Below, in pieces: positions 20,155-30,331 of a DNA stretch of 64,000 bases. The translations under genes were made by a program, and so were the position numbers. The notes below the pieces were generated by a model. That model did not search any database, had not been told where the DNA came from, and saw only the letters and a list, made by a program, of their open reading frames with translations. This DNA comes from an uncultured Spirochaetota bacterium (GTDB lineage Bacteria > Spirochaetota > UBA4802 > UBA5550), in assembly GCA_963827275.1 (NCBI GenBank), contig CAWHAA010000005.1, forward strand, positions 416,001 to 480,000, read 5' to 3'. Numbering within the stretch: the first letter of the stretch is position 1; every line of letters starts with the position of its first letter.

Positions 20155-22030
20155 ATGCAGGAACTAATCGGCACCAGTAACCGCGTTCTCGAAATCGATC
20201 TCACCGCGAAAAAATTCGAAGTAACGGAAATAAGCAAGAAGGACCTGGAGATGTATCTGGGCGGCAAGGGGATCGGCCTCAAGCTCCTTTACGACCGGAT
20301 GCAGCCGGGCGTGGACCCGCTCGGCCCCGACAACATGATCGCCATCACCATGGGGGTCATCCTCGGCAGCGGCGCACCCTGCTCGGGACGCTTCGAGGCG
20401 GTGACGAAGTCGCCCGCTCACCGGCATCATGAACTGCTCCTCGTGCGGCGGGGCGTTCGGCATGGCGGCGAAGACCTCGGGATGGGACGCGATCATCATC
20501 AAGGGCAGGTCTGGCGCGCCCGTGTACCTGGTGATCGACTCGAAAGGCGTCCAGTTCAAACCGGCCAAGGGCCTCTGGGGAAAAGACACTGATGCGGCGG
20601 AGGCCGCCCTCCTCAAGGAAGGCTCCGGGTCCCTGGTCATCGGACAGGCGGGCGAAAACCAGGTGCTGTACGCCAACATCCGCTCGGGCCACCGCTTCAT
20701 CGGCAGGGGCGGCATGGGAGCGGTCATGGGATCGAAGAACCTCAAGGGGATCGTGGCGAAGGGCGGCGAATTCAAGATCGTCCCGGCCGACAAGAAAAAG
20801 TTCGCCAGGCTCAACAAGAAATTTTTTTCCTACATAAACGAGAACCCGGTCACCTCCGGATCGTTCCGGAGCTTCGGCACCAACTCGAACACGAATCTGT
20901 GCAACATCACCGGGACGCTCCCGGTCCGCAACTTCTCGGGCGGCTCCCATGGCGAGGCGCACAAGATCTCCGGCGAGGCCATGGCGGACCGCTTCAAGAC
21001 GAAATGGGACACCTGCAAACCGTGCCCCATCATGTGCGGACACAAGGGGATGGTGAACGGAAAGGAAACGCACATCCCCGAATACGAAACCATCCACCTG
21101 CTCGGCAGCAACCTCGAGATCTTCGATCCCGTGGTGATCACCGAATGGGACGAGCTCTGCTCGAAATACGGCATTGACACCATCTCGCTCGGCGGCACGC
21201 TCTCGTGGGCGATGGAAGCCACGGAGAAGGGCCTCATCAAAACAAACCTGAAGTTCGGGTCCCCTGACGGGATAGTGGACATGATCAGGGACATCGCCCT
21301 GTGCCGCGGGATCGGCAAGGACCTCGCGAAGGGCTCGCGCGCCGCGTCGAAGAAATACGGCGGGGAAGACTTCGCCATGCACGTCAAGGGGATGGAGCTT
21401 CCCGGCTACGAGCCGCGCGGCTCCGTGGGGCACGCCCTCGGGTACGCAACGGCCAACAGGGGCGGCTGCCACCTCTCCTCATACGTGGTCGCGATAGAGG
21501 TGCTCTTCAACATGGCCAACCCCTTTGTCCCGCGCTGGAAGCACTACATGGTGAAATACATGGAGAACCTGTTCGCGGGGATAAACTCGCTGCACATCTG
21601 CCTCTTCACCTCCTTCGCGGTCATGTTCCAGCCGCTGCTGGTCAGGGTGAGCCCCTTCCCGCTGCTGAAAGTGCTGGTGGGGTGGATCGCGCCGGTCGCG
21701 CTGAACCTGATGGACGTGAGCCTTTATCCCGAGACCTGGAGCGCCATACTCGGAAAGACCTACATCCCGTACCTCGGCATGCTCAAGTTCCAGAAAACGG
21801 GAGAGCGCGTCCACGTGCTCGAGCGCTGGATGAACATCAGGGAGGGGATATCGAAAAAGGACGACACCCTGCCCCTCAGGTTCCTCACCGAGGGGAGGAA
21901 ATGCGACGCGAAAGAGCATACCGTGCCCCTCGAAGTGATGCTGAAAAAGTATTACAAAAGCCGCGGCTTCGACGAGAACGGCATCCCGAAAAAGCGGACG
22001 CTGAAGCGTCTCGGTATTGAAATAAAATGA
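20155..22030 (+). CDS. aor: Tungsten/molybdopterin aldehyde:ferredoxin oxidoreductase family protein, with one +1 frameshift near 20414
   Basis: YLGGKGIG, VTKSP/LTG (frameshift point), GRGGMGAVMGSKNLK, CKPCPIMC, PEYET, GIDTISLG, VKGMELPGYEPRG and NRGGCH. Confidence 0.9.
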
Positions 22031-22073
22031 GCTGTAGTCATAACGGCGACATCATACTAATTACGAGTGAGGA

Positions 22074-23228
22074 TTGATCATGCATATACAAACAAATTTT
22101 GAATTTTTAAATCAATCGAAAATCATATCGGGCAACTGCGCGCTCCAGAACATCCCGTTCGAGCTTGCCGGTTACGACGCGCGCAAGCCGCTGGTGATCG
22201 CGTCGAAGAAAGTGACCGAACTCGGCCTGAAAAAAACGTTCATAAAGGCGTTTTACGATTCGGTGACGGTGCTGGGCGCGGTGTTCGACGAAGTCGGCGA
22301 CTACGCGGGAATATCACTCGCGCAGAAAGCGGCGACGCTCTACCGGGAGCGGGGCTGCGATTCGATCATCGCCCTGGGCAACGGCGCCACGGTGGACGTG
22401 GCCAAGGCGGTGAACCTGATGGTCACCCTGAAGATCGACACGCTCCAGCAGTTCCTCGACGGCGCGCCGGTCCCGGGGCACCTGAAGCCGCTGATGATCG
22501 TCCCCGTCGGCGTCTTCAACGGCATGGAAGCGACCAACACCATGACCATCGACAACCGCCGGGTCACGTCGGACTTCCTCTACCCGGAGGTCATCATCAT
22601 AGACCCCCGCATGGTGCGGGGCCGCTGCGCCGAGTGCGCCGCCAAATCAGCCGCGGTCGCGATCGAACAGGCGGTGATGGCCATATCCGGCGAAGACCAC
22701 AGCCCCATGGTTGACGCGTACGCCTATTCAGCCCTCCAGTACATCGCGGAATACATGAAGAAAAGGATCAAGCAGCCGCGGAACAAGGACGCGGGCCTGG
22801 CCATGGCAAACGCCTCCGTCATGGCTTCCGTCGCCTACGCGAACACGAAGCCGGGCATGGCGCGCCTCCTGGCGGAAGAGCTGGAACTATCGACGGGCAT
22901 CCCCGCCGCCACCTTCATCGCCATCCTCCTGCCGCGGGCCATGGCATACCTGTCCCGCAAGCCAGGCATATTCAGGGACGAGCTGCTGCTCGCGGCCGCC
23001 GGTATGGATGCCTATTCGGCGACGCCGAAGAACGAGCGCCAGCGCAAGGGCGTGGAGACGGTGCTGGGGATCCTGAATAATTTCAAGGGGGTCCTTCCGG
23101 TACTGCTCACGCCGCTCAATGTCCAGAAGCACCTGCTTGCCAAGGCCGCCGCCGCGGCCGCCGCGAAGAGCGGGAAACGCTACAGCGACGCCGACTGTCT
23201 CGCCGTCCTGGAACTGGCGTGGGAATAA
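22074..23228 (+). CDS. Iron-containing alcohol dehydrogenase-fold protein lacking catalytic motifs
   Basis: Aligns by eye along its length to the Fe-ADH at 23932 (CDSIIALG, DVAKAVN, IIDPRM), but the NAD and metal motifs are substituted. Confidence 0.75.
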   Translation: MIMHIQTNFEFLNQSKIISGNCALQNIPFELAGYDARKPLVIASKKVTELGLKKTFIKAFYDSVTVLGAVFDEVGDYAGISLAQKAATLYRERGCDSIIALGNGATVDVAKAVNLMVTLKIDTLQQFLDGAPVPGHLKPLMIVPVGVFNGMEATNTMTIDNRRVTSDFLYPEVIIIDPRMVRGRCAECAAKSAAVAIEQAVMAISGEDHSPMVDAYAYSALQYIAEYMKKRIKQPRNKDAGLAMANASVMASVAYANTKPGMARLLAEELELSTGIPAATFIAILLPRAMAYLSRKPGIFRDELLLAAAGMDAYSATPKNERQRKGVETVLGILNNFKGVLPVLLTPLNVQKHLLAKAAAAAAAKSGKRYSDADCLAVLELAWE

Positions 23229-23265
23229 CGCGCGGGACGATACCATTTACAGAAAGGAGCCAACC

Positions 23266-23883
23266 ATGAACATAAACAAATATCCGGAGATAGTACCGGG
23301 CCACAAGTTCTTAATACAATTCTACATCGGCATCATGACATGGACGATCGGCAAGGCCTTCCAGGTCATGTACAAGCTCGATAAAAACGTGAGGGCGGAA
23401 TTCGACCGGCTGCCGAAAAATTTCATAATGATCCTCAGCGTCATCCCCGAGGCGGCGTTCAAGCCGTTCTTTTACGCCAAGCTGATGCCCAACTTCGTCG
23501 TTGACCGCGGCCTCCTGCCGATGGGCGTTCCGATGATCCTCGGGAAAGACAAGGAGGGGAAACTCAAGTACATGGGGTCCGACACCCGCGGGAGGAAAAT
23601 CACCCTGCGGCTCGGCATGAAGAGCATCGACGAGGCGTTCCGCGTCTTCAGCTTCCGCGAGCCGCTGGCGGTCGCCTTCAATCACGGCATATACATCGTG
23701 GACGGGGACCTTCCACAGTCACTCGCCTTCGTTCGCGCGATGGAGATAGTGCTGGTCACCCTCCTGCCGAAGTTCCTGGCAAAGCTTTTCGTCAAGCGCT
23801 ACCCGAGCTGGAAGGAGCTGCCCCCGGTCAAGAAATGGGTCAACAGGGTCCTCCTGTGGCTGCGCGTGTATACCATAGGATAG
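23266..23883 (+). CDS. Hypothetical protein, possibly with an SCP2-like lipid-binding fold
   Basis: AAGGAG RBS before ATG 23266. The segment EPLAVAFNHGIYIVDGDL resembles the SCP2 C-terminal pattern (weak). Confidence 0.6.
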   Translation: MNINKYPEIVPGHKFLIQFYIGIMTWTIGKAFQVMYKLDKNVRAEFDRLPKNFIMILSVIPEAAFKPFFYAKLMPNFVVDRGLLPMGVPMILGKDKEGKLKYMGSDTRGRKITLRLGMKSIDEAFRVFSFREPLAVAFNHGIYIVDGDLPQSLAFVRAMEIVLVTLLPKFLAKLFVKRYPSWKELPPVKKWVNRVLLWLRVYTIG

Positions 23884-23931
23884 GTCACGGGACGTTTCAT
23901 ATAAAAAATAATTCAGGAAAGGTGAACCACA

Positions 23932-25197
23932 ATGTTACTGCCAAGTTATTATGATTTTTGCTGCCGTGTAAAGACCGTTTCCGGAAACAACGCCCTGGAG
24001 CAGATACCGGCCCTGCTGGCGGGCATGAACGCGAGCCGGCCCATGATCATCACCGACAAGGGGGTCATGGCCGTGGGCCTCGTGGACGTCGCGAGAAAGG
24101 CCATGGGGAAGAAGCTTAAAATCGCCCACATATACGACAACGTGCCGGTCGATTCGAACTACAAGGTCGTCGATGACGCCGCCCGCGTGTACCGCCAGAA
24201 AAAATGCGATTCGCTGATCGCCATCGGCGGCGGCTCCGCGATCGACACCGCCAAGGGCGTGAACATCGTCGCGTCCCTGGGCGGCTCGTCGCTCCTTGAA
24301 TACGAGGGCTTCGGCGCGGTGAAGAAAAAGCTCAACCCGATGGTCGTCATCCCCACCACCGCCGGCACCGGCTCGGAGATGACGCTCGTCGCGGTCATCG
24401 CGGACCCGGACCGCCACATAAAGATGCTGTTCGTGTCGTACTTCATGCTGCCGGACATCGGGGTCATCGACCCGCGCATGACGAAGACCCTGCCGGACTT
24501 CCTCACCGCCTCCACCGCGATGGACGCCATGACGCACTCGTGCGAAGCGTACTTCAGCATGGAAAAGAACCCGCTGAGCGACTCCTTCGCCATCAAGGCG
24601 ATCCAGCTGATCAGTGAAAATTTATTGAACGTGGTAAAGAACCCGAAAGACCTCAAAGGGCGGAGCGCCCTGGCCATCGCCTCGACCATGGCCGGCGTCT
24701 CTTTTTCAAACTCGATGGTCGGCCTCGTCCACAACCTGGGCCACACGGTCGGCGCCATCTGCCACGTCCCCCACGGGACCGCGATGAGCATACTGCTCCC
24801 CTACGGCATGGAGTACAGCCTGCACCGGGCGCCCGACGTCATCGGCGAGCTGCTCTTCCCGATCGGCGGACCGGAGGTATACGCCGCCACGCCTAAGAAA
24901 GAGCGCGGCGAAAAGGCGATCGAGCTGATCCGCAAGATGAACCAGGACCTGCACGACGCCACCGGCGGGAAGCACCCGCGCTTCCTGAAAGAGATCCGCG
25001 ACCGCAGCGGCGCGCAGGTGGTGCCCGAGTCGGTGCTCGAGACCCTGGCGCAGGCGATTATGCTCGACGGCGCCCGCATGAGCAACGCCGAGGAGATATA
25101 CCCCCCCGACGCGCTCATGGTGTACCGCCACGCGTGGGAGGGCACGCCGCTCGATAGAAAGAAGATCGATAAGGGCGGAAAGAAGGTCAAGTGGTAA
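23932..25197 (+). CDS. Iron-containing alcohol dehydrogenase
   Basis: GGGSAID, PTTAGTGSE, DAMTH, GLVHNLGH and HVPHG motifs all intact. Confidence 0.92.
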   Translation: MLLPSYYDFCCRVKTVSGNNALEQIPALLAGMNASRPMIITDKGVMAVGLVDVARKAMGKKLKIAHIYDNVPVDSNYKVVDDAARVYRQKKCDSLIAIGGGSAIDTAKGVNIVASLGGSSLLEYEGFGAVKKKLNPMVVIPTTAGTGSEMTLVAVIADPDRHIKMLFVSYFMLPDIGVIDPRMTKTLPDFLTASTAMDAMTHSCEAYFSMEKNPLSDSFAIKAIQLISENLLNVVKNPKDLKGRSALAIASTMAGVSFSNSMVGLVHNLGHTVGAICHVPHGTAMSILLPYGMEYSLHRAPDVIGELLFPIGGPEVYAATPKKERGEKAIELIRKMNQDLHDATGGKHPRFLKEIRDRSGAQVVPESVLETLAQAIMLDGARMSNAEEIYPPDALMVYRHAWEGTPLDRKKIDKGGKKVKW

Positions 25198-25203
25198 GAT
25201 TAC

Positions 25204-25238
25204 AAAGGCGGGGCCAAACGGCCCCGCCTTTTTGTTTT
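25204..25238 (+). terminator. Intrinsic terminator of the AOR/ADH operon
   Basis: AAAGGCGGGGCC-AAAC-GGCCCCGCCTTTTTGTTTT. Confidence 0.85.
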
Positions 25239-25257
25239 AATTTCTACAGCAGCCCCC

Positions 25258-25413
25258 GTCCCGCTTCGACAAGCTCAGCACGGCGCCCAAAGGGAGGCGC
25301 GTAATCTCCCCCCTGTCCCGCTTCGACAAGCTCAGCACGGCGCCCAAAGGGGAGGCGCGGAAGATAAAGCCAATCTCCCCCCTGTCCCCCGAGGGGGGCA
25401 CGTAAGATAAAGC
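25258..25413. repeat. Tandem REP-like repeats
   Basis: 37-mer GTCCCGCTTCGACAAGCTCAGCACGGCGCCCAAAGGG at 25258 and 25315; AATCTCCCCCCTGTCCC at 25303 and 25372; AAGATAAAGC at 25361 and 25404. Confidence 0.85.
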
Positions 25414-25519
25414 GGGAAGTATCAATAATATGCTTGTATCCGAGAGAAGAAGCGCCGCAGGCTTGCGAATTGGGCGATGAGTGGAGCGGTTATGAAAAAG
25501 TTATATGAACTAATAGTAA

Positions 25520-25987
25520 CTATAAACTAATTTTCAATGGAATAAATCGTATTCCATTTTTTAATTGTTCAGGTGCAATTTGTTTAAACCCAAATTTTTC
25601 ATAGATTGGAACTGCATAAAATGATGAATTAACATCAAGTTCCCTTATTCCCTTATTATTGCATATATATAAGGATTCATGGAATAATTTTTTACCAATT
25701 CCAATTTTATGATATTTTGCATCAACGAAGAATAAACAAATGTGATTATAATCTCTAATTTCAATAATTCCAACTAATTTTGCCTCAATTTTTGCTGTTA
25801 TGAGAAAATGATTATTGCTCTGATGTCTCTTAATAATATTCTTATAATTAATATAATCTAAAAAAGTATTTATTCCTTCTGCACTATAATCTGGTGCAAC
25901 AAATTCATTAAATACATGCATTATTAAATTTGATATTTCCTGTTCTTCTCCAGTTTTCATGTTATCAATGATTACTTGATTCAACAT
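25520..25987 (-). CDS. GNAT family N-acetyltransferase (very AT-rich, cassette-like)
   Basis: FFVDAKYHKIGIGKKL and VNSSFYAVPIYEKFGF motifs. Start moved to MLNQV because the longer ORF runs into the attC-like hairpin. Confidence 0.85.
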   Translation of the reverse strand: MLNQVIIDNMKTGEEQEISNLIMHVFNEFVAPDYSAEGINTFLDYINYKNIIKRHQSNNHFLITAKIEAKLVGIIEIRDYNHICLFFVDAKYHKIGIGKKLFHESLYICNNKGIRELDVNSSFYAVPIYEKFGFKQIAPEQLKNGIRFIPLKISL

Positions 25988-26051
25988 ATGAATTCCATTA
26001 AATTTGCGCCGCCAAGGATGGCGGCGTCCCAAATAAGTTAAGCGAGCCAAT

Positions 26052-26165
26052 GGCGTATAACGTCCAGCCATGGCCGACGCCGCGCCGCGCTTCATATTTT
26101 GCGGCGCGGTGTGGCGCAGCCCGAGCGACCGTAGGGAGCGAAGCGGCCATGGCTTGTTGTGCGCC
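26052..26165 (-). mobile_element. attC-like (integron-cassette type) recombination site
   Basis: Minus strand GGCGCACAAC...GTTATACGCC (R-double-prime/R-prime-like ends); inner perfect arms AGCCATGGCCG/CGGCCATGGCT and CCGCGCCGC/GCGGCGCGG; 114 nt, GC-rich inside AT-rich DNA. Confidence 0.65.
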
Positions 26166-26529
26166 GTACTATATACATTATGGTTTTCTGATAATATTAA
26201 TTCTTTATAAATAATATTTTAATAAATATTTTTTAAACTAAAATCATACGACATTTTTTCAACTCATATATTATAACATCAAGCGAACCTCCCTGTCAAA
26301 CACAAAAGACCATTGTTTAAAGCGGGACTCATTGCGAGGTCGGCCCTGCGTCAGCGACACCGAAGCGAAAGGTATAAGCAAACTGATTACGATTTCAGAG
26401 GATAATTTCCAGCACAACCAAGCCATTAAAACGTCAAACGCAGCGAGGTCACGGACCTCGCCGTGACAAACCAATCGGGCGTCTGTGCGAGGCGAGTCCC
26501 GCGAAGCGGGTGAGCCGAGTTACGCCCGG

Positions 26530-26627
26530 AGCCCCTCCGGCGATTGAGGAGCACGCGGGGGGTCCATAGGGGGGCCACCGTGCGGTGGTCCCCCTATGCC
26601 CAGTCCCGGACTGCCCCGGGAGGGGCT
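26530..26627. repeat. Nested GC-rich inverted repeat at the 3' end of plsB
   Basis: Inner CATAGGGGGGCCACCG / CGGTGGTCCCCCTATG (26565-26598); outer AGCCCCTCC / GGAGGGGCT. Confidence 0.6.
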
Positions 26628-29220
26628 ACAATTTCTGCAGCGGCCGCAGGTACCGCTCAATCCTGTTCTTCAGCTCAATGACGCGCTGCTCGTCGCGCAC
26701 CTGGTACTCCGCCTGCTTTTTGCCCGACTGGACGCTTTCAAGGGCGGCCACCCGCTCGAGCTTCGCGACCGCGTTTTCATAATAGGGCACCGAAAGCGAC
26801 TCCGGGAACTTGATCTCCCCGAGATGAAAGAGCTTGATCCCGTTCTTGCGCACTTCGTACACCATCTCCTTGCGGCCCAGGCGCTTTTTGACCTGGAGGG
26901 CGCAGTCGGCCGCGGCCAGGTACGCCTCGAGCAGGTCCTGCACCCCTTTCGCGAAGAGGAGGAGCTCGTCGCGGCCGTCCTGCGCCACCCGGTACCTGCC
27001 GTCGGAGGCCGAGATGACCGAGCGGCCGGCGAAATATTCGAGGACTTTCGCGATCATGACGGGGGCGTCCAGCATGGCCTCGGAATAGACGAACTCCTCG
27101 GACAGGAGGTCCATGAGGTCGGCGAACGTGTCCGCGATGGCGTGGCCCTCGATCCCGTCGCTGCCGTCGCGGGAGATGAATGCCAGGGAGATGAACACGG
27201 CGGGGAGAAATATGTGTATGATGCTGTTCTTGTAGAAATTGATCCGCGAGCGCTCGTTCTCGTTCAGGATATACACGCCCTCCAGCACCTCGTGCACGCC
27301 GTCCTTTCCCACGCCCGCCACCGGCTCGCCCACTATGCCGTCCTGAAGATACGAGTCAAGCACGTAGTCGAGGATCTCGTCGGTGCCGGACGCCTGCGTG
27401 AGGGTGTCGCTCATGCGCGCGCCCGCGAACTTCAGGTAGTCGGCCAGGATGCCGATGCGCTTCTTTAATATTTCGCGCGTGAACCCCTTCGCCGATGACA
27501 GGAGCATCGCGGCCGACGCGACCGAAAACGGCGTCGCGGTAACGATCTCCCCGATCTTCCGCATGATATGGCTGCCGAGAGACAGGACGACGTCCTCCCC
27601 CTCCTTCAGGCCGTCCCGGTACTGGACGTAGGAGATCGGCTCGTTGAACGAGAGATAGACCCTGCCGTACTTGCGCTTCAGGAACTTCCTGCTCTTCATG
27701 AAGTTCGATGTGGACTCCGTCTCCTTCTCCTTCCCCTTCAGCTCCATGTGGTAGGTCGATTCTTCCAGGATGCGGTCGTAGCTGATCGTGATCGGGACGA
27801 AGATCATGTCCCGGTTGTACCCCTCCTCGATGGTCTCGGCCATGTAGCGGATGATCCCCAGCTTGGGAGGAATGAGCTTCCCGGTCCTGGTCCTGGTCCC
27901 CTCGATGAAGACCTCAATGGAATAGCCCTCGCCGATGAGCGTCTTGATATACTGCCTGAAGATCGTGGGGTAGAGCTTCAGCCCCCTGAACGACCGGCGC
28001 ATGAAGAACGCGCCCGACCTCCTGAACACCTGGCCCATGGGAAAAAACGTAAGGTTCGCGCCCGCGACGATGTGCGGCGGTATTATCTTGTTTTCATAAA
28101 ACAGGCTCGATATGATCAGGTAATCCATGTGGCTCTTGTGGCTGGGCACGAAGATGAGCGGCGCGCGCTGCGCCGCCTCCCTGACCATCTTTAAATCCTC
28201 GATATTGTAGTTTATGCCGTCGAAAATCTTCGTGAACATGTACTGGACGGCCTTGTTGAACCACTTGATGACGATGATCGAAAAGTCCGCGGCGATCTCC
28301 CGGTAATACCTGTAGGCTTTTTTCCTCAGCTTTTTTTCCGACACGTGCTCGCTCTCCACCAGGGAGGCGATCTCGTCCAGGACGTTTTTATGATAGAGGA
28401 CCTTCTCCATCATCTCACTCTGTGACTTGATTGCCGGTCCCAGCACGCCCCATTTCTCGTTGTTGTATATTTCCAGCAGCTTGCTCCGGAGCGTCCGCGC
28501 GATCTGCCGGGGGTCGTCAGAGGGGGAGTTCTCGATCTCTTCCTTTAAATTTATCGGATGCGCGATGCGCATGAACGCCGGGGTGCCGCTCTTTGAAACG
28601 GTGAACAGCCCGGAGAAGAAACCCCGGTTGCCGGTCGCGCGCGACGTCATGAAGGCCCGTGTCCGCTCCGGGTTCTGGTTCCAGAACAGCACCTGCGGGA
28701 ACACGAATATCGGCGTATCGATCTCCTTCTGGGCCTCCACCAGGTACTGGAGGGTGTCCGATTTTATATCGATGTACCGGCGGATAAAAAGCTTCCGTGA
28801 CAGGAGCGAGAGCACCATGGCCCGGCCGTTTCTCAGGAGGTCCAGGATGTAGTCGCGGTCGGACATCAGCACGGTTTTTTTCCGGCCGGACAGCTTATCA
28901 AGCAGCGCGGCGGCGCTTTCAAAAAAATTGACCGCCGACTGGAAGAAGTTGGGGGTGAAATCAAGGGCGAGCTCCGGGCCTTTGAACCCGTGCTTCTTCA
29001 GCAAATTGACCAGTATCAGGAGCGGCGCGTTCGAGCTCTGGTACGAAACGTACACCGCGTGGCCGCGCGGCTGGTATTCCTTCAGCGTCATAAGGCTCTC
29101 ACTGTCGAACTCGATGCCCCTGAACAGGAGGCCCGTGATCCTGCCCATGAACGCGTTTACGTCCGTCCGGACCAGGGAATTCCTGATATATGAAGAATGA
29201 CGGATATGGATCTCATTCAT
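26626..29220 (-). CDS. plsB: Glycerol-3-phosphate O-acyltransferase (PlsB family)
   Basis: PSHKSHMDY (HxxxxD), GAFFMRRSF, FIEGTRTRTGK and FVPITISYD motifs; start chosen after an AGGTGG RBS. Confidence 0.88.
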   Translation of the reverse strand: MNEIHIRHSSYIRNSLVRTDVNAFMGRITGLLFRGIEFDSESLMTLKEYQPRGHAVYVSYQSSNAPLLILVNLLKKHGFKGPELALDFTPNFFQSAVNFFESAAALLDKLSGRKKTVLMSDRDYILDLLRNGRAMVLSLLSRKLFIRRYIDIKSDTLQYLVEAQKEIDTPIFVFPQVLFWNQNPERTRAFMTSRATGNRGFFSGLFTVSKSGTPAFMRIAHPINLKEEIENSPSDDPRQIARTLRSKLLEIYNNEKWGVLGPAIKSQSEMMEKVLYHKNVLDEIASLVESEHVSEKKLRKKAYRYYREIAADFSIIVIKWFNKAVQYMFTKIFDGINYNIEDLKMVREAAQRAPLIFVPSHKSHMDYLIISSLFYENKIIPPHIVAGANLTFFPMGQVFRRSGAFFMRRSFRGLKLYPTIFRQYIKTLIGEGYSIEVFIEGTRTRTGKLIPPKLGIIRYMAETIEEGYNRDMIFVPITISYDRILEESTYHMELKGKEKETESTSNFMKSRKFLKRKYGRVYLSFNEPISYVQYRDGLKEGEDVVLSLGSHIMRKIGEIVTATPFSVASAAMLLSSAKGFTREILKKRIGILADYLKFAGARMSDTLTQASGTDEILDYVLDSYLQDGIVGEPVAGVGKDGVHEVLEGVYILNENERSRINFYKNSIIHIFLPAVFISLAFISRDGSDGIEGHAIADTFADLMDLLSEEFVYSEAMLDAPVMIAKVLEYFAGRSVISASDGRYRVAQDGRDELLLFAKGVQDLLEAYLAAADCALQVKKRLGRKEMVYEVRKNGIKLFHLGEIKFPESLSVPYYENAVAKLERVAALESVQSGKKQAEYQVRDEQRVIELKNRIERYLRPLQKL

Positions 29221-29573
29221 GCCCAACCACCTATTCGATTTCATCTCCACTGTCGCCTGCCGGCCCGCGCCTGATGACACAGGCAGCCATGTGCCATGGG
29301 AAGATACGCCGTACATCATTGTCCAACCATCACCAGTTAGACCGTTAGCCCGTTCCGATTGTTACACATCCATCCCGGAATCCGGGATCACCCCGGAATT
29401 TATGTCCAAAATTTAGACATAAATTGGATAATATAAAACGTTCCGATTACCGGCAAGTATTTTTTACTTCCATCAGTCCCGGCAGACGGCCGTTCATTTT
29501 CAAAATTTAAAAATTTGTATTGCAAATAAAATAATACTATTGATACATTGACCCAAAGTAAATTTTTTAATAA

Positions 29574-29648
29574 CGGGATGTAGCGCAGCCCGGTTAGCGC
29601 GCTTCGTTCGGGACGAAGAAGTCGGGAGTTCAAATCTCCCCATCCCGA
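29574..29648 (+). tRNA. tRNA-Pro(CGG)
   Basis: Acceptor CGGGATG/CATCCCG, anticodon arm CTTCG-TTCGGGA-CGAAG, T-arm GGGAG-TTCAAAT-CTCCC; CCA not encoded. Confidence 0.95.
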
Positions 29649-29751
29649 ATTAAAATTTTAACAATAATGGAGTAACGAATAGGCACCTCCTTTTTTTTTG
29701 CATTGCAGCTGATGATGTTCCATAGCCGGCGTTCATATCGCGATATACTAT

Positions 29752-30175
29752 ATGGTACAGCAGGAAACAACCCACATACTCAACGAAGTCGTACCCATCT
29801 GACCAGAGCAAGCGGAAGGACATCATCGAAACTCTCTGCCGCGCAATCATCGGGTGCGGTATTGCAATATCGATAACGCCGGAAGAACTCTATCTCTCGC
29901 TGGATGAAGCAATCACCAACGCGATGGAGCATGGCAACAGGTGGGACCCTCATAAGACAATCGACGTATCGGTGACCGCGGGCCCGAAAGACCTGTTCAT
30001 ATCGATTACTGACCAGGGAAAAGGGTTTAACACGAAAGAGATTGAAGCCAGCATAAAGAACCGGGACATTCTGAGCAACCGGGGCCGGGGGATATACATC
30101 ATCAACCAGTTCTGCGATATATCCTGGAACAAGAAAGGGAACCAGATCAACCTCCAGATCAAGCGCAAGGCATAA
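29752..30175 (+). CDS. RsbW-like anti-sigma factor / Ser kinase (HATPase), with an apparent +1 frameshift shortly after the start
   Basis: The frame of ORF 29924 extends upstream through YPSD...LSLDEAITNAMEHGN, then ITDQGKGF and NRGRGIYII. The only nearby ATG (29752) is one base out of frame. Confidence 0.75.
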
Positions 30176-30331
30176 ACTGGGACACGGTCGCGCCGCACCG
30201 CATAAAAATCCGCCGGCCGGGGCGCCGCTGATCACTATTGTATTGACATCTGCGGCCCGGGAAAGACAATTAGTCAAATGACCGGGACAGCGGTTCCGCC
30301 GCCGAGGTCGCCCGACACACACGCACGGACT

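Noticed and set aside
29574..30200. Island integrated at tRNA-Pro
   Set aside because: No duplicated tRNA-Pro 3' end or integrase seen, and the downstream genes are host-like.
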